Source: Azolla caroliniana
Taxonomy: Eukaryota > Plantae > Polypodiophyta
Assembly (NCBI GenBank): GCA_043228905.1
Contig: JBHGNT010000010.1
Coordinates: forward strand, 22,010,001 to 22,074,000
Length of the DNA: 64,000 bases
Direction: 5' to 3'
The position numbers were made by a program, and so were the translations under genes. Of this stretch, positions 24,810 through 36,467 are shown one piece after another (positions within the stretch are counted from its first letter, which is position 1; the number at the start of each line of letters is the position of its first letter). The notes below the pieces were generated by a model. It worked only from the letters and a program-made list of their open reading frames with translations, made no database searches and was not told the origin of the DNA.

Positions 24810-27730
24810 CTACAAATTCCATGGCATGCTATTGTAAATACATTCATACACATTAGCACCAACAGTGTATAAACCTGAGCAGCTATTGTATTCTGACATT
24901 GGGACGTTGATGCACCTGACCAAATGAGAGTACATGTACGCCGCTAGTTTGTCTTCTAACAGCCTGTACACATATTCGTAGTCATCTAGTTTTGCATAAA
25001 AAGTGCCTTCGATGTAGAATGTCCCGGTAGATACAAAATTTCCCCATGCATCTACAATATTCTGCCTTGCACACTGTTTACTACCCGTGCACTTCAATAT
25101 ATAGAAATCAACACCCTCTGAATTGCCTTCTTCAGCATTTACAGCGAAGTTATCCCCAACGTTCAGGACATCACTCAAACTATCTCCAAGTCCCTCATAT
25201 GTGAAGTCAACATTCTGCCCTGTTTCTCTATCAACAGCTTCCTTATCATTCAGAGTGTGATACTCCCAATTCTGAATGTATGCTTTGTTTAGACAATATC
25301 TCCAATTTCCCTGCACACAATGGAAGCAAAAACAAGTCAATTCTCTAACCGCAATACAATGACCATCCAACCTGGAATAACCGCGAACAACATGCAGAGA
25401 TCGCAATTCGGGAATTCCTTGGCACTCCCAGGTCTTCTCCCTATTTACTTCATCTATCTTCACTTCCCAAAATTCACGTTTGATATCTCGAACTTGTGAG
25501 GGATAAACACATGTTGCACTCGTTGACATATTTGTTCTTAAAAATTCAACTACATGTGATGCACAATTCATGTGCACACCATCTGTCTTTAGTTGTTCAT
25601 GGGTAAGTACCCGCTTTATAATAGCCCCTGCACCATCATGTTCACCTTTACCATGGCTAGACCCAAAAAAATTCCATCTCATCTCCAAACCTGTTATAGC
25701 AGGATACCTCCCCACAAAATAAAATGGACGTCGAGCCTTGAATTGTGACGCAGCTCCGTCAGACCAGACCCAATGTTGAGTAAGCTCCAAACGTTGAGCT
25801 AATAACCACTGCCAATGTAACTTAAAATAGTGTTGGACGAACAAGGTATCATGCTTCTTATCATTAGAAATAAAGAAATGAATTACTTTTTTAACATCAC
25901 CTGAAACTCGAAAATATGTTATGTGCACAAAAACGGTTACCTGAACTGAACACCAATGCATAGATTGAAATTCATTCTGTTGCTTGAAAGTATAATTCTC
26001 TGCGAAATCTACTACTGAGACTACTACATCATTTGGGAAATCAGATATGAAAGTCTTAAACTGATGGGCCTGCCATGAATAAATGAAGTTGTGTTTAATG
26101 AACTTTCCTAGAGATACTACAAACAGAGACACCAAATCCCTTGGTTTAAGCATCTTCTGAACCAGATCCTTTCTTTTACACACCTTTCCTTCGAAATTGG
26201 TGTTCACTGACTCAAATAACTTCACAGAGATCAATATTTCACTACTCAATTCATTTGGACACCACTTAAATCTAGTAGGGCCACAATCTTGACATAAACC
26301 CATGACACATTTATGACTATGGAAGACAACGTCAGTTTCTCTCGGACACAATATTGAATCTAATAAATAACTCATGGAAGAGATAACGTGCTCAAATGAT
26401 TTACAGTCCTCTTGCGGGCATGATCGATAGATTGGGCACCCACATGTGCAAACTGTATTAGTTAGGGATGCGCTATGGTAACGTAGTAGATTAACAGAGT
26501 CCTTCAGAAAACCCATCTGTACATGGTAAATGCAACAACATGTGTATCGATCCTTTAAGCATCTCACAAAGTGTGGCTTAAGAGACTCGAATGTTCGGAG
26601 TTGAACTTTGATATTTGGATGCATTCGTTTGAACCTAATAAATAAATCGACCTGTGTAATAAAGGGGAATTAGTTATTCTCATAACTAGCTAACTATCCT
26701 AGTAGCTAATTAGCTATTCTAGTAGCTAATTAGTTATTCTAGTAGCTTATAAACTATTCTAGTAGCTTATTAGCTGGTCTAGTAGCTAATTAGCTAACAT
26801 GGTAGCTAATTAGCTGTCCTAGTAGCTAATTAGCTGGTCTAGTAGCTAATTAGCTGTCCTTGTAGCTAATTAGCTATCATGGTAACTAATTAGCTTTCCT
26901 AGTAGCTAATTAGCTATCATGGTAGCTAATTAGCTTTCCTAGTAGCTAATTAGCTATCATGGTAGCTAATTAGCTGGTCTTGTAGCTAATTAGCTATCAT
27001 GGTGGCTAATTAGCTGTCCTAGTAGCTAATTAGCTTTCCTAGTAGCTAATTAGCTGGTAATAACGAAATTAGCTATCCTAGTAGCTAATTAGCTGTTCTA
27101 GTAGCTAATTACCTATCATGGTATCATAGTAGCTGTCCTAATACCTAATTAACTATCATGGTAGCTAATTAGCTTTCTTAGTAGCTAATTAGCTGGTAAT
27201 AACTAGAGTAGCTAACTATCATAGTAGCTAATTACTTATTCTAATAGCTAATTAGCTAATTACCTACTCTAATTACCTATTCTAATTACCTATTCTAGTA
27301 GATATTTAGCTATCATGGTAGCTAAAACCCTATTCTAATAGCTAATTAGTTATCCTAAAAGCTAATTAGCTATTCTGGTAGCTAATTATCTGGTAATAAC
27401 TAAATTAGCTATTGAGAATAGCTAATTAGCTATCATGGTAGCTAGTTAGCTATTTTGGTAGCTAATTATCTGGTAGTAACTAAATTAGCTATTGAGAATA
27501 GCTAATTAGCTATCATGGTAGTAGCTATTGAGAGTAGCCAGTTACCTATGTAGTAGCTATCCTAGTAGCTAACTGAGGTAAATGTAACTGATAAGCTAAT
27601 TAGCTTTTCTGCTAACTGAGCTAATTAACTTTCCGTGTAGAGTCAAAAGAAATGTTGAGATAAATGTAAATACCTGAGGTACATCAAGAAGATGAATGGT
27701 ATGCTCCTCGAATTGATTTCTTCCACAATA
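24810..27730 (-). CDS. Sola2-type DDD transposase; main exon open, N-terminal exon truncated
   Basis: 604-aa open frame with VVDFAENY, WVWSDGAASQFK, WNFFGSSHGKGEHDGAG and Cys-rich motifs; the upstream exon GRNQFEEHTIHLLDVPQ (donor CAG|GTATTT ~27673) splices in frame to VDLFIRFKRMHP (acceptor ACACAG ~26652). Confidence 0.88.
26685..27630. repeat. Array of the TAGCTAATTAGCTA palindrome (20-bp period) filling the transposase intron
   Basis: Repeats such as AGTAGCTAATTAGCTGTCCT and GGTAGCTAATTAGCTTTCCT lie between the predicted donor and acceptor. Confidence 0.95.
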
Positions 27731-27789
27731 CACAAGATTAGACACAACAATACACAAGATAATCAATAGACAGAAAAGTTATTGCAATC

Positions 27790-28470
27790 CAAGACCAAAC
27801 AGTAGAGGAGTTCACTTCGTTGGATCAAACAGTTGAGGAGGCGATCCAGGACCGACCAATGGCGACAACTGAGTGTAGAATGTTGTCGTTGGATGAGTGA
27901 ACTCCGTCAAATCGAAATGTGGAAGCAATCTAGGACTGGATAGTAGCGGCAACTGAGTGTAGAATGATGGCAATGGAGGAGAGAACCCCGTCAGATTGAA
28001 CAGTTACTGATGATGCTTGGAACACACAAAGAAGGCACCTGAGAGTAGAATGGCGGTAGTGGAGTTGTTAACGCCGTCGGGTTGAAAAGTGGTAGCAATA
28101 CACGACCTTCACAGTAGTGGTCCCTGAGTGTAGAGTGGCATAGAGAAGAGAACCCCGTCAGATTGAACAATTACCGATGATGCTTGGAACGCATAGTAGC
28201 GGCTCCTGAGTGTAGAGTAGCACAGAGAAGAGAAACCCGTCAGATTGAACAATTACCGATGATGCTTGGAACGCACAGTAGCAGCCCCTGAGTGTAGAGT
28301 GGCATAGAGAAGAGATCCCCGTCAGATTAAACAGTTACCAATGATGCTTGGAACACATAGTAGTGGCCCCTGAGTGTAGAGTGGCATAGAGAAGAGAACC
28401 CCGTCAGATTGAACAACTCTTTGATGATGCTTGGAACGCACAGTAGCGGCCCTTGAGTGTAGAGTGGCGG
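27790..28470 (-). repeat. 82-85-bp tandem repeat (about 8 units) upstream of the transposase
   Basis: CTGAGTGTAGA anchor at 28124, 28206, 28288, 28370 and ~28452; more diverged copies at ~27868, 27953 and 28039. Confidence 0.92.
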
Positions 28471-30870
28471 CAGGTGGACTCGATAGGGTTTAGCAACAGT
28501 GGTAGCAACTAACCCACAATACTCAACTAGAGATGGCCTACGTGATGTGGCAAAGGATCATGCATAATGGACCTAGGAATTTGATATATAATTTATGGTA
28601 CACATTTATGGTACACATTTATGGTGCACATATCAATTTATGTTGCACGTTTATGTTGCACATTTATGGCACTCATTTACATATGTAATTAAAACACTCT
28701 AGTATTTTCAATGGTAGTTTTTTGCATAGTTAATTTATTAATGATGGCTTTTTACTAAAATGACTATTTATCAATGGTAGCTTTTTGCATAGCTAATTAG
28801 CTATGTCAAGGACATAGCTAATTGTTTCCACTCTCATGCTTTCACCCTTCACTCTTTTGCTGCATCGGGTAGATCCAAGTGTGCCAAGAGACGTCGTCGA
28901 TAAAGGTCATGTAGTATCGGCATCCGCCAAATGTCGTCGTTTGAGCCAGTCCCCATACATCGGAATGAATTACGTCGAGTACACCTTTGCTTACATTCTT
29001 CTCATTCGGAAATGGATGCCGATGTTGCTTGCTGAATTGGCAAGCCGCACATACGCCTTCAATCTCTCTTTCTTTGAAGGTCGGGATTCCGATGAGGACT
29101 CCTTTCGATTGCATCGCCTTGAGCTTTTGAAGGTTGATATGGCCAATACGCTTGTGCCATAACTCTATGTCGGACTCAACTTTCGTGCCTTTTGCGAACA
29201 TGGCCGATTTCATCTCATGCGAGTCGAGAATGAATTTGGTCGACGGAGACCAAATTCTTCGTAATGGTTGGTACATGCAAGACATTTTTAATGTAATTTT
29301 GCTTACCTTCTTTTTCGAACGGAACATTGCTGATGTGCCGAATCGGGTGCGTAGTGTCATCACATGTGAGTCAAGAATGAACATTTGGCCCTCTCTCCAT
29401 CCGCGCGCGATGAGTTGGCCCCCTCTTTTTCGATGAAGCAACCGCCTTGATTAAATTGAACTTGCATTCCTTGCTCTACAATTTGGCCGACGGAGACCAA
29501 ATTCTTCGTAATGGTTGGTACATGCAAGATATTTTTAATGTAATTTTGCTTACCTTCTTTTCCGAACGGAACATTGCCGATGTGCCGAATCGGGTGCATA
29601 GTTTTGTCTCTGGTTTTGACATAGCCAGGTCGACCCGGCTCTCGAAGTTCTCGGAACCATTCTTGATGCGACGTCATATGGTTCGAGGCACAGGAATCGA
29701 CGAACCATACGTCTTCCAGACTGGAGGCATTAGTAGAAGTAGAGACCAACATAGAATTCACTCTATGTCTCATTACGAATAATCCACCGTAGTCATCGTA
29801 CTCGGAGTCGGCGACGTAATTGGTGAGTTGTCGACTAGTGGAAGCCGACTCACGCATCTTCTTTCGACACTCTTCTTCGCGGTAACTGATTTTGCTGCAA
29901 TATCCGCATTCGATTGAGGTTTGTCGGCTCAAACTGGAATGGTGGCTCCCCCTTCTTCCGAAGGTTCCTCAATGACCTCCATCTTGTTGCTGTAATTGAG
30001 AGTTGTTTTCGTAAATTGGGCCTCGTTCGCCTCGTCCTTGGCCGAATTGGCCTCTTCTTACACAACCGCATCTTCTTCCTCTGTCCGAATGCGTGTAGAG
30101 CATGTGGCCTTCTGAGGCATTGCTCCTTGTTCGAACATGATTCTCTTCGACCAACAACATGGATTGAAGATCAAAGAAGGAAGGCAGATTCTCTCGTGCT
30201 AGTACAACGGTCCGCATCACGCTGAACCGTGGTGCAAGGCCGCCAAGGCATATTTGCACCATTTTGTTATTCTCCACATTGATGCTTATCGAGCTGAGTG
30301 CATCACAAAGCTCCTTGATCTTTAAGGTGCAGCTTGTAATGGACATATCCCGTTGTTGGATGTTGATCAACTCTTGGCGGAGTTGAAGCTTTCTCGCGGT
30401 TGTGTTGGCGGCGAAAATCTTTCATAGATTCTCCCACGCTTCTTTCGGCGTCTCGGCTTCTCGAATGTAGCTGAGCATGTGGTCGTGAACACATGTCGCC
30501 AAGCAATACATCACTCGGCTTGCCGCTTGCTCCCAAATTGCATAGTCGCCGTCTTTCAGGTCGAGTTGGTTTTCTTGTGCTCCCTTGATGTAACTCCAAT
30601 AGCCTTGGCTGACAAGGTATTGATGCATCTTGTACTCCCAAGATGCAAAGTTGTTGCGATCCAACTTCTTGCTATGGAGAGTGCTCCCCATTTGAGTATT
30701 CATTGTCGATTAAGCTTCCTTTCTTCTTTTCCTTCTCTCTCGAACACGAACTATGTAGTAGTACTACGATAGCGATGAGTTGGTTCTTCTTGAACGTCGG
30801 CGTAGAGCACAACACACGATCACAATAAGGCGAGTGGGCTAGATCGAGCTAGCAAATCACTCTGATACCA

Positions 30871-31306
30871 TGTATGATTCTTGTGTAGCGGAAGAGATGT
30901 GTGTTATGTGTATGTGTGAGAGGAATTAGAGGAGAGATGAGAGAATATAATATAGGTAGAAAAAGGAATACTCAAGAAGGTGTATATTTCAGAAGTAAAA
31001 TAAGAATTAGAAAATGTAGCATAATAAGGAGTCACAACCGACTTAGTATAAAGTATGAGGAGGGTACTTTAGATAGAGTCACCCTCTCTCTTCATTAACT
31101 TACAACAACCACTCTCTCTCTTGGGGAATGTGAAGACTCATAGTCATGGGGAATATATAACTCATTAGTTATGTGTCATAAAATATGATTCAATGACACA
31201 TAGTTAATGTGTAGAGAGTAGTGCTGTGACTCTTGACCTTTGAGTAATCATTGATTCTCAAAAGGTGTGTTCACATGTTATGCTATGTTGAGCTTGATTC
31301 TCAACA
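30871..31306 (-). repeat. 5' LTR of Copia C
   Basis: Minus strand reads TGTTGAGAATCAAGCTCAAC...GAATCATACA followed by the PBS TGGTATCAGA. Confidence 0.88.
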
Positions 31307-32452
31307 AGGTTTAAATTTTTTATTAAATGGTTCGGTTTGGTTTCAACTTTTTCCTAAACAGTTTGGGTTTAAATGGTTTGGTTTAAATAGTTGAGAGTTC
31401 ATAAACGGTTTGGTTTGGTTTTTGTTTTATATAAATGGTTCAGTTAGGTTTCTTTGCCTTGAAACCAAACCAAATTGTGCCCATTGCTAAGTACAACTAC
31501 AAGGATTACCTTGGTGAGAGGCAATGAGTTGTAGAAATCAATTGGAGTTGTGAAAGAGGTAAATGTGCATAACAATGGTTGAATAGCTAGCAGATGCCCT
31601 AGACAATTTAGGAGAAAAGTGAGACACCCTTTCCATCGATAGTTGACAACCATCCTCAAATGAGTCTCTCAAGCATAATAACACAATTGAGATGAGGTGT
31701 CTCATGGGGTGTACTCTTTCTATCTAGCATTTTATCATTTTTATTTCTAAACCAATACTAGATATTGCTTTGGTGTTGTCACGACGACATTTTACAATGC
31801 ATTCATATGCTATGTACAGGCTGGTTCTCCTCTCTTGACCTAAAGTGGGTCCAAACCATGGACAATAATTGTTTTTAGAAATTTCCTATGTGTCTAGGTT
31901 GAGAAAATATTATATTTTAAGACTTCATGACTTTAATGTTCACATGGAAAAATGGAAATGGGAATACTAAATTCGTCACATATACATATACATTTCTCAT
32001 TTCCCCATGTGAAAATTTGAGGTATACATGCACATGTATATACACACATGTATGTACATAAATTTGAGGTATATATAAAAGTTTAGTAGTGTCAAGTCCC
32101 CAAGTCCCTCTTTTATTATCCCTATTTATTGTCAAGTTCCTTTTCTTTATCCTAGGAAATTAAAAAGGAAAGAGTTCTATTTTTTTTTTGGGTTAAACGA
32201 ATACTTGACCACCCATTCATATTCGTATTCATTTGCATTCGAATGGGAAACCCGATGAATGCGAATATGTCAATCTATGCATATATACATATATTATTAT
32301 ATGTATGTATATATGTGCATGTTGTGTAAAAGAAAGGAGTCAATAAATTTGTTGAGAGAGCGGAGAGGAGCAACGGAGCGGGGGAGCAGCTTAGAGCTCT
32401 GTCATCGCCATCGCCATCGCCATAGCCCGTCTTGATTGTTGATTGTTGACTG

Positions 32453-33065
32453 TTGCCGTCACCATCTTCTTTTTCTTTTGAACACAGAAAAGATTTGTGG
32501 ATCTATCAGAAAACAGAAAAAGAAAAAGAGAAAGGAACACTGAGTTTTAGAGGAGCAAGAGCAGTAGAGCAAAGGCCACTGGGGAACGGAGCAAGACCGG
32601 GAGCAAAAGCGCGCCCACATGACAACGCAGAGTGGAGGCCACACAGGTCGGTGCCCCAACCCCCCAGTTCGAAGATAGATCAGGAGATAGATCACCTTGA
32701 GCGAATAGCTGTCATATGCCGCATGGTGGGCTCCTGCCCAAATAGATGCTTACTACGAGATATGTTGCAAGGCAAGTACCATGCACAAGTAGGTGGAATA
32801 AAGGAAGTCCAACTTCTTGGTAAAGGTTTCTATCAAATCATCCTAGAGGACAAGGATGCCACAACGAAACTCATAGCAATGTCTCCCTGCTAGATCCAAA
32901 ACACATGGTTATTCATGCGTAAATGGACACATGGTTTTAACCTCAGAGAAGGATGTGCAACACAATGATTGCATGAAAAAGGTAACAATGTTGTTTCCTG
33001 CTTTATCCTTAAAATACAACATGATACTTCTCACTATTGGAAACTCCTTTGGTATGATGTTGGAT
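32453..33065 (+). pseudogene. L1-type LINE ORF1 fragment (DUF4283-like)
   Basis: AVICRMVG..IKEVQLLGKGFYQIILED..LIAMSP*..WLFMRKWTHGFN pattern typical of plant L1 ORF1; cut at 33066. Confidence 0.65.
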
Positions 33066-33562
33066 TGTTAAGTGTCGGGATCACACCACAACCGGTAATG
33101 AAGAAGAGCGCACCGACAAGGACGTAGTATGGCTAAAGGACCTATGAAGAGGGAACGACAAGAGGAAAGAGGACTAAGGGACACCCAAATGTGAAAGGTC
33201 CACACCCTAAATGTAAATGCCATATAAACCACACAGTGGTGGCTTTGTAAGGGTTCTTCCATTTGTAAAGATCTCCCTATTGATTAAGAGCTAGAGCTTA
33301 ACCTTTAAGCTTAAGAGAGATTAGTGAAGCGTTTAGTTAGAGAACACTAATCTCTCTTCCTTGTTGGTGCTAGACCTCTTAGCAAAGAGGGTTAATAACA
33401 TATTCATAACTCCTATTGTCTATAGCTGTCATATACCAGAACCCAGTTGGTGGGTCTTGTGGAATCGTTCTTTGTTCTTCACCCTCGCGGCCCATAGTTT
33501 TTCCACGGCTCGTTCCACATCCTCCAGTCTTCGCTCGAGCTACCGGATCCGCGCTGCTAACA
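33066..33562 (+). mobile_element. Solo LTR without a matching TSD
   Basis: TGTTA...TAACA termini and a TATA-like CATATAAA; left flank is L1 ORF1 (TGGAT), right flank is Gypsy integrase (ACTGA). Confidence 0.65.
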
Positions 33563-35758
33563 ACTGATCTTGGCTCATCTCGTCTTTCCAGTGCACCGCA
33601 TTCCATGAGGAGATCGTTCGCTCCATTGGCATGACCGATGTCTACCCGTACATCAGCTCCGTTGGCATGAACCTGGTTACCGAACTGTGCGTAGTTCAGT
33701 CGGCCCACAACGCATAGGGTAAGAGCCACAACCAGTTTCCGACTTGGCCTCCACATGCCCACACTAACGCTTTGACGATCGGCCCGTGTCCGCATTCCAC
33801 CTTCCCGTTCGCCTCCGGATTGTACGCCGTGGTGAGCGAGAGTTTAACCCCTAGCCGGTCAAACAACTCTTCAGCCTCTTGTGCGTCCAATTCTCCGTGG
33901 TCGGCTATGATCTTTCCTACACACCCGTATTGGCATACCACCTCTTCGATCAGAAATCGGCACACGGCCGTGGTCATTTTGTTCGTCCTACCCCCATCGG
34001 CATCATCACCAGATCCACCATCCATTTGAAGTGAATAGTCGGAGGGTAGGTCGGGTGAAGCTCGTCCCGATGTCAAACTATGGAGTGCATCTGACAGCTT
34101 TCGCGAGTCGTCACGAACCGATGCACGTCCAAGTATAGTCCCGGCCACCATTACTTCCTCCTTCAACTTCTTGAATATGGCCCATGTCCCGCGGTGTCCA
34201 GCCCAGGGACTTTCGTGGTACGCCGCTAGTAACTCGGAGCGGGATGTCGTTTCTCTTCTTCGGGTACTTCCATATGCACCCATCCCATAGGAAGAATCAG
34301 TACACTTTATTCCGAATCCGGTTGGTCTCTTCCTTCGTCCATGCCGTGTTCGGTGTCATCGTCTTTAGGAACCCGCCGATCTGGAGCCACTCCCCGTCGT
34401 ACTTGCTCTCATCGAACTCGTTAAGCGCTGGAGTGCTCCCCTTCCTTGTTGTTACGTAAGCCGACTCGAAGAAGTCCACGCCGACTTCCTCGTCCTCCGA
34501 AACCATGTCGTCCTCATCATCGAATCTCGCCCTCGAAAGCATGTCGGCCATGGCGTTGTCTTTTCCGGAAATGTGTCGAATTTCCGGATTCAGAGACTTG
34601 ATGTACATTATCCACCTCAGCATTGCCAGGTCCGACGTCGCGCATCCGGAGACCATACCGAGGATCCGTAGGTAGTACGTTTCAATTATCACCTCCATCC
34701 CGATCAGGTACTCTTTGTCGGCCTTGACCGCCGAAACGATACCCCAAAGTTCGCGTTTAACTTGGGCGTACCCTCATTGTTGTTCACTGAGGACTTTCGC
34801 ACCGAACCGAATGGGGAATCTCGTGCCATTCTCATCCTCCTGGTTGATCACCCATCCGATTCCGGTCGGACTCATGTCTACGGTCACGTAAATCGGAATA
34901 TCTTTATCGTAGACCGCTTTCCGGAGTGCCGGTGCCGCAACAAGTGCTTCTTTCATTTTCCGGACCGATTCCGTATGCTCCTCTCTCCACTCGAATTTAC
35001 GCCCTTTCTTCAGTAGTCCATAGAGCGGCTCCGCGACGTGGGCGTAATGCGGGATCCAAATATGGTAGAACGCGCACACTCCCAAGAACCTCTGGACTTC
35101 CGTGACCGAATTGCAGTCGCGCTTCATTGCGGAGATGGCCTCAACCTTGGCCAACGACGGTTTCCGACCGAATGGCCCGCATAGGTGTCCGACAACCATG
35201 ATCTCTGATTTCCCGAAGGCCGACTTTTCCACGGAGAAGGTGAGCCTCACACCTTCTAGTCTTCGCAGCACCTTCTCGCAGTCATCGACGTGGTCCGCCA
35301 CAAACTTCCGGCATCCATCCAGTTCGATCGTCTTGTCCTTATCCTCCACAGGGCATCCTTTCATCGGGATGTCGTCTAAGAATGGCATGATGATGTCCGG
35401 GATACAATCCCTTAGCACTTTGTTCATTGCGTTCACCATGTGGGCGACCAAGTTCGTCCCCCCTTGCGGAAGGGTACACATTCGTACTAGGCCGAGAGGA
35501 GTCCACATCGTCGTAAGGTCCCTGCTCTCCACGGCTAGCTGGAACTGATCGTATCCTGAGTATAGATCACCGACCGAGTAAATTGACCTTCCGACGAAGG
35601 CCTCCGTGAACTCGTCTATGGTCGGTCTGATCCCTGCGTTCCGAATGGTCACCTTGTTGATCGGTTGTAGGTCCTGAATGAAGCGCAACGAGCCGTTCTT
35701 CCTGGGCACGGTAAACCACCGATTAGAATACAGGGCACTCGACAATTTGAGGATGCCC

Positions 35759-36467
35759 TGTTGGGAGATAGGTCCCTCTGGATGGGAAGGGAGAAATCGG
35801 ATGAGGAGTACCCGGCTACGGAGAGCCGGATGGTGCAGGCCCGGTGTGAATCGGATGAGGAGTACCCGGCTACGGAGAACCGGATGGTGCAGGCCCGGTG
35901 TGAACCGGATGAGGAGTACCTGGCTACGGAGAGCCGGATGGTGCAGGCCCAGTGTGAACCGGATGAGGAGTACCCGGCTACGGAGAGCCGGATGGTGCAG
36001 AACTGGTGAGAACCAGAGGAAGAGACATATTCGTAAATATGTTTCTGAGAGCCCATCGAGGCTATATTTGTAAATAGCCGAAAAGTCATATTAGTATAAA
36101 TATGACTTAGGGCAAACTTTTAGTAGTTGTTGTCATTTTCTGTTTTGCATGAGATTAGTGTGCGTAACTGTACAGAGAGAGAGAGAGAGAAAAAGAGGTC
36201 GTTGCCTCTGTTGTAACCGTCGCCTGTGGCGAAGATTTGTGAGCACGAGGTCGGTGCCTCAGTGAACTCACTATTGTATATTCCTACATAGTGACAGTTT
36301 GCAGCCTGTGGGCTGCCGTGGTTTTTCCCCTAGTTTGGGGTTTTCCACGTAAACCTCCTGTGTATTCTCTCCTTCTTTGTGTCGCGTTTTATTTCCTGTT
36401 TTCTGTGTATCATTCTAAGCTCAATTGTGGCCGAGCGTTGCGCATAAGGAACGTTGGGTTCCCGTCA
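35759..36467 (+). mobile_element. Solo LTR of the Copia A family with four 54-bp U3 repeats
   Basis: TG..CA termini; perfect TSD TGCCC (35754-35758, 36468-36472); similar to LTR 9496-10244. Confidence 0.93.

Larger units (their letters stand above)
11448..28847 (-). mobile_element. Sola2-like cut-and-paste DNA transposon, 17.4 kb (about 9.7 kb without nested retroelements), carrying cargo genes
   Basis: TIRs GGGTAAAAGCATGCTAGTGGAAACA (11448-11472) and reverse complement GGGTGAAAGCATGAGAGTGGAAACA (28823-28847), 22/25 identical; 4-bp TSD TTCA (11444-11447, 28848-28851); transposase with DFAENY, SDG..QFK and HGKG.HDG motifs. GRG termini, 4-bp TSDs and these motifs characterise Sola2 (recalled, not searched). 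Confidence 0.87.
10245..31306 (-). mobile_element. Ty1/Copia LTR retrotransposon 'C' (decayed), outermost host of the left-hand nest; 3' part lies beyond Copia A
   Basis: 5' LTR 30871-31306; PBS (TCTGATACCA on plus) at 30861-30870; gag MNTQMGSTL..KLDRNNFASWEYKM at 30703; PR/INT at 28852-29930; integrase continues in 10245-11447 once the Sola insertion is removed (QQKSE|VFGHF). Confidence 0.9.

Noticed and set aside
11447-28848. CACTA, or AGGG-ended element with a 2-bp TSD, as alternative classification
   Set aside because: No CACTA termini or TnpA/TnpD motifs; the GGG..CCC plus TTCA reading fits the Sola2-type transposase better.
31310-32280. MITE or hAT-like remnants (GGTTCGGTTTGG repeats, TGAGACACC/GGTGTCTCA inverted pair, GAATA/TATTC repeats)
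   Set aside because: No paired termini with TSD could be defined; too degenerate to call.
35649-36089. Repetitive-peptide ORFs (DEEYPATESRMVQ)n
   Set aside because: Translations of 54-bp U3 repeats in a solo LTR.
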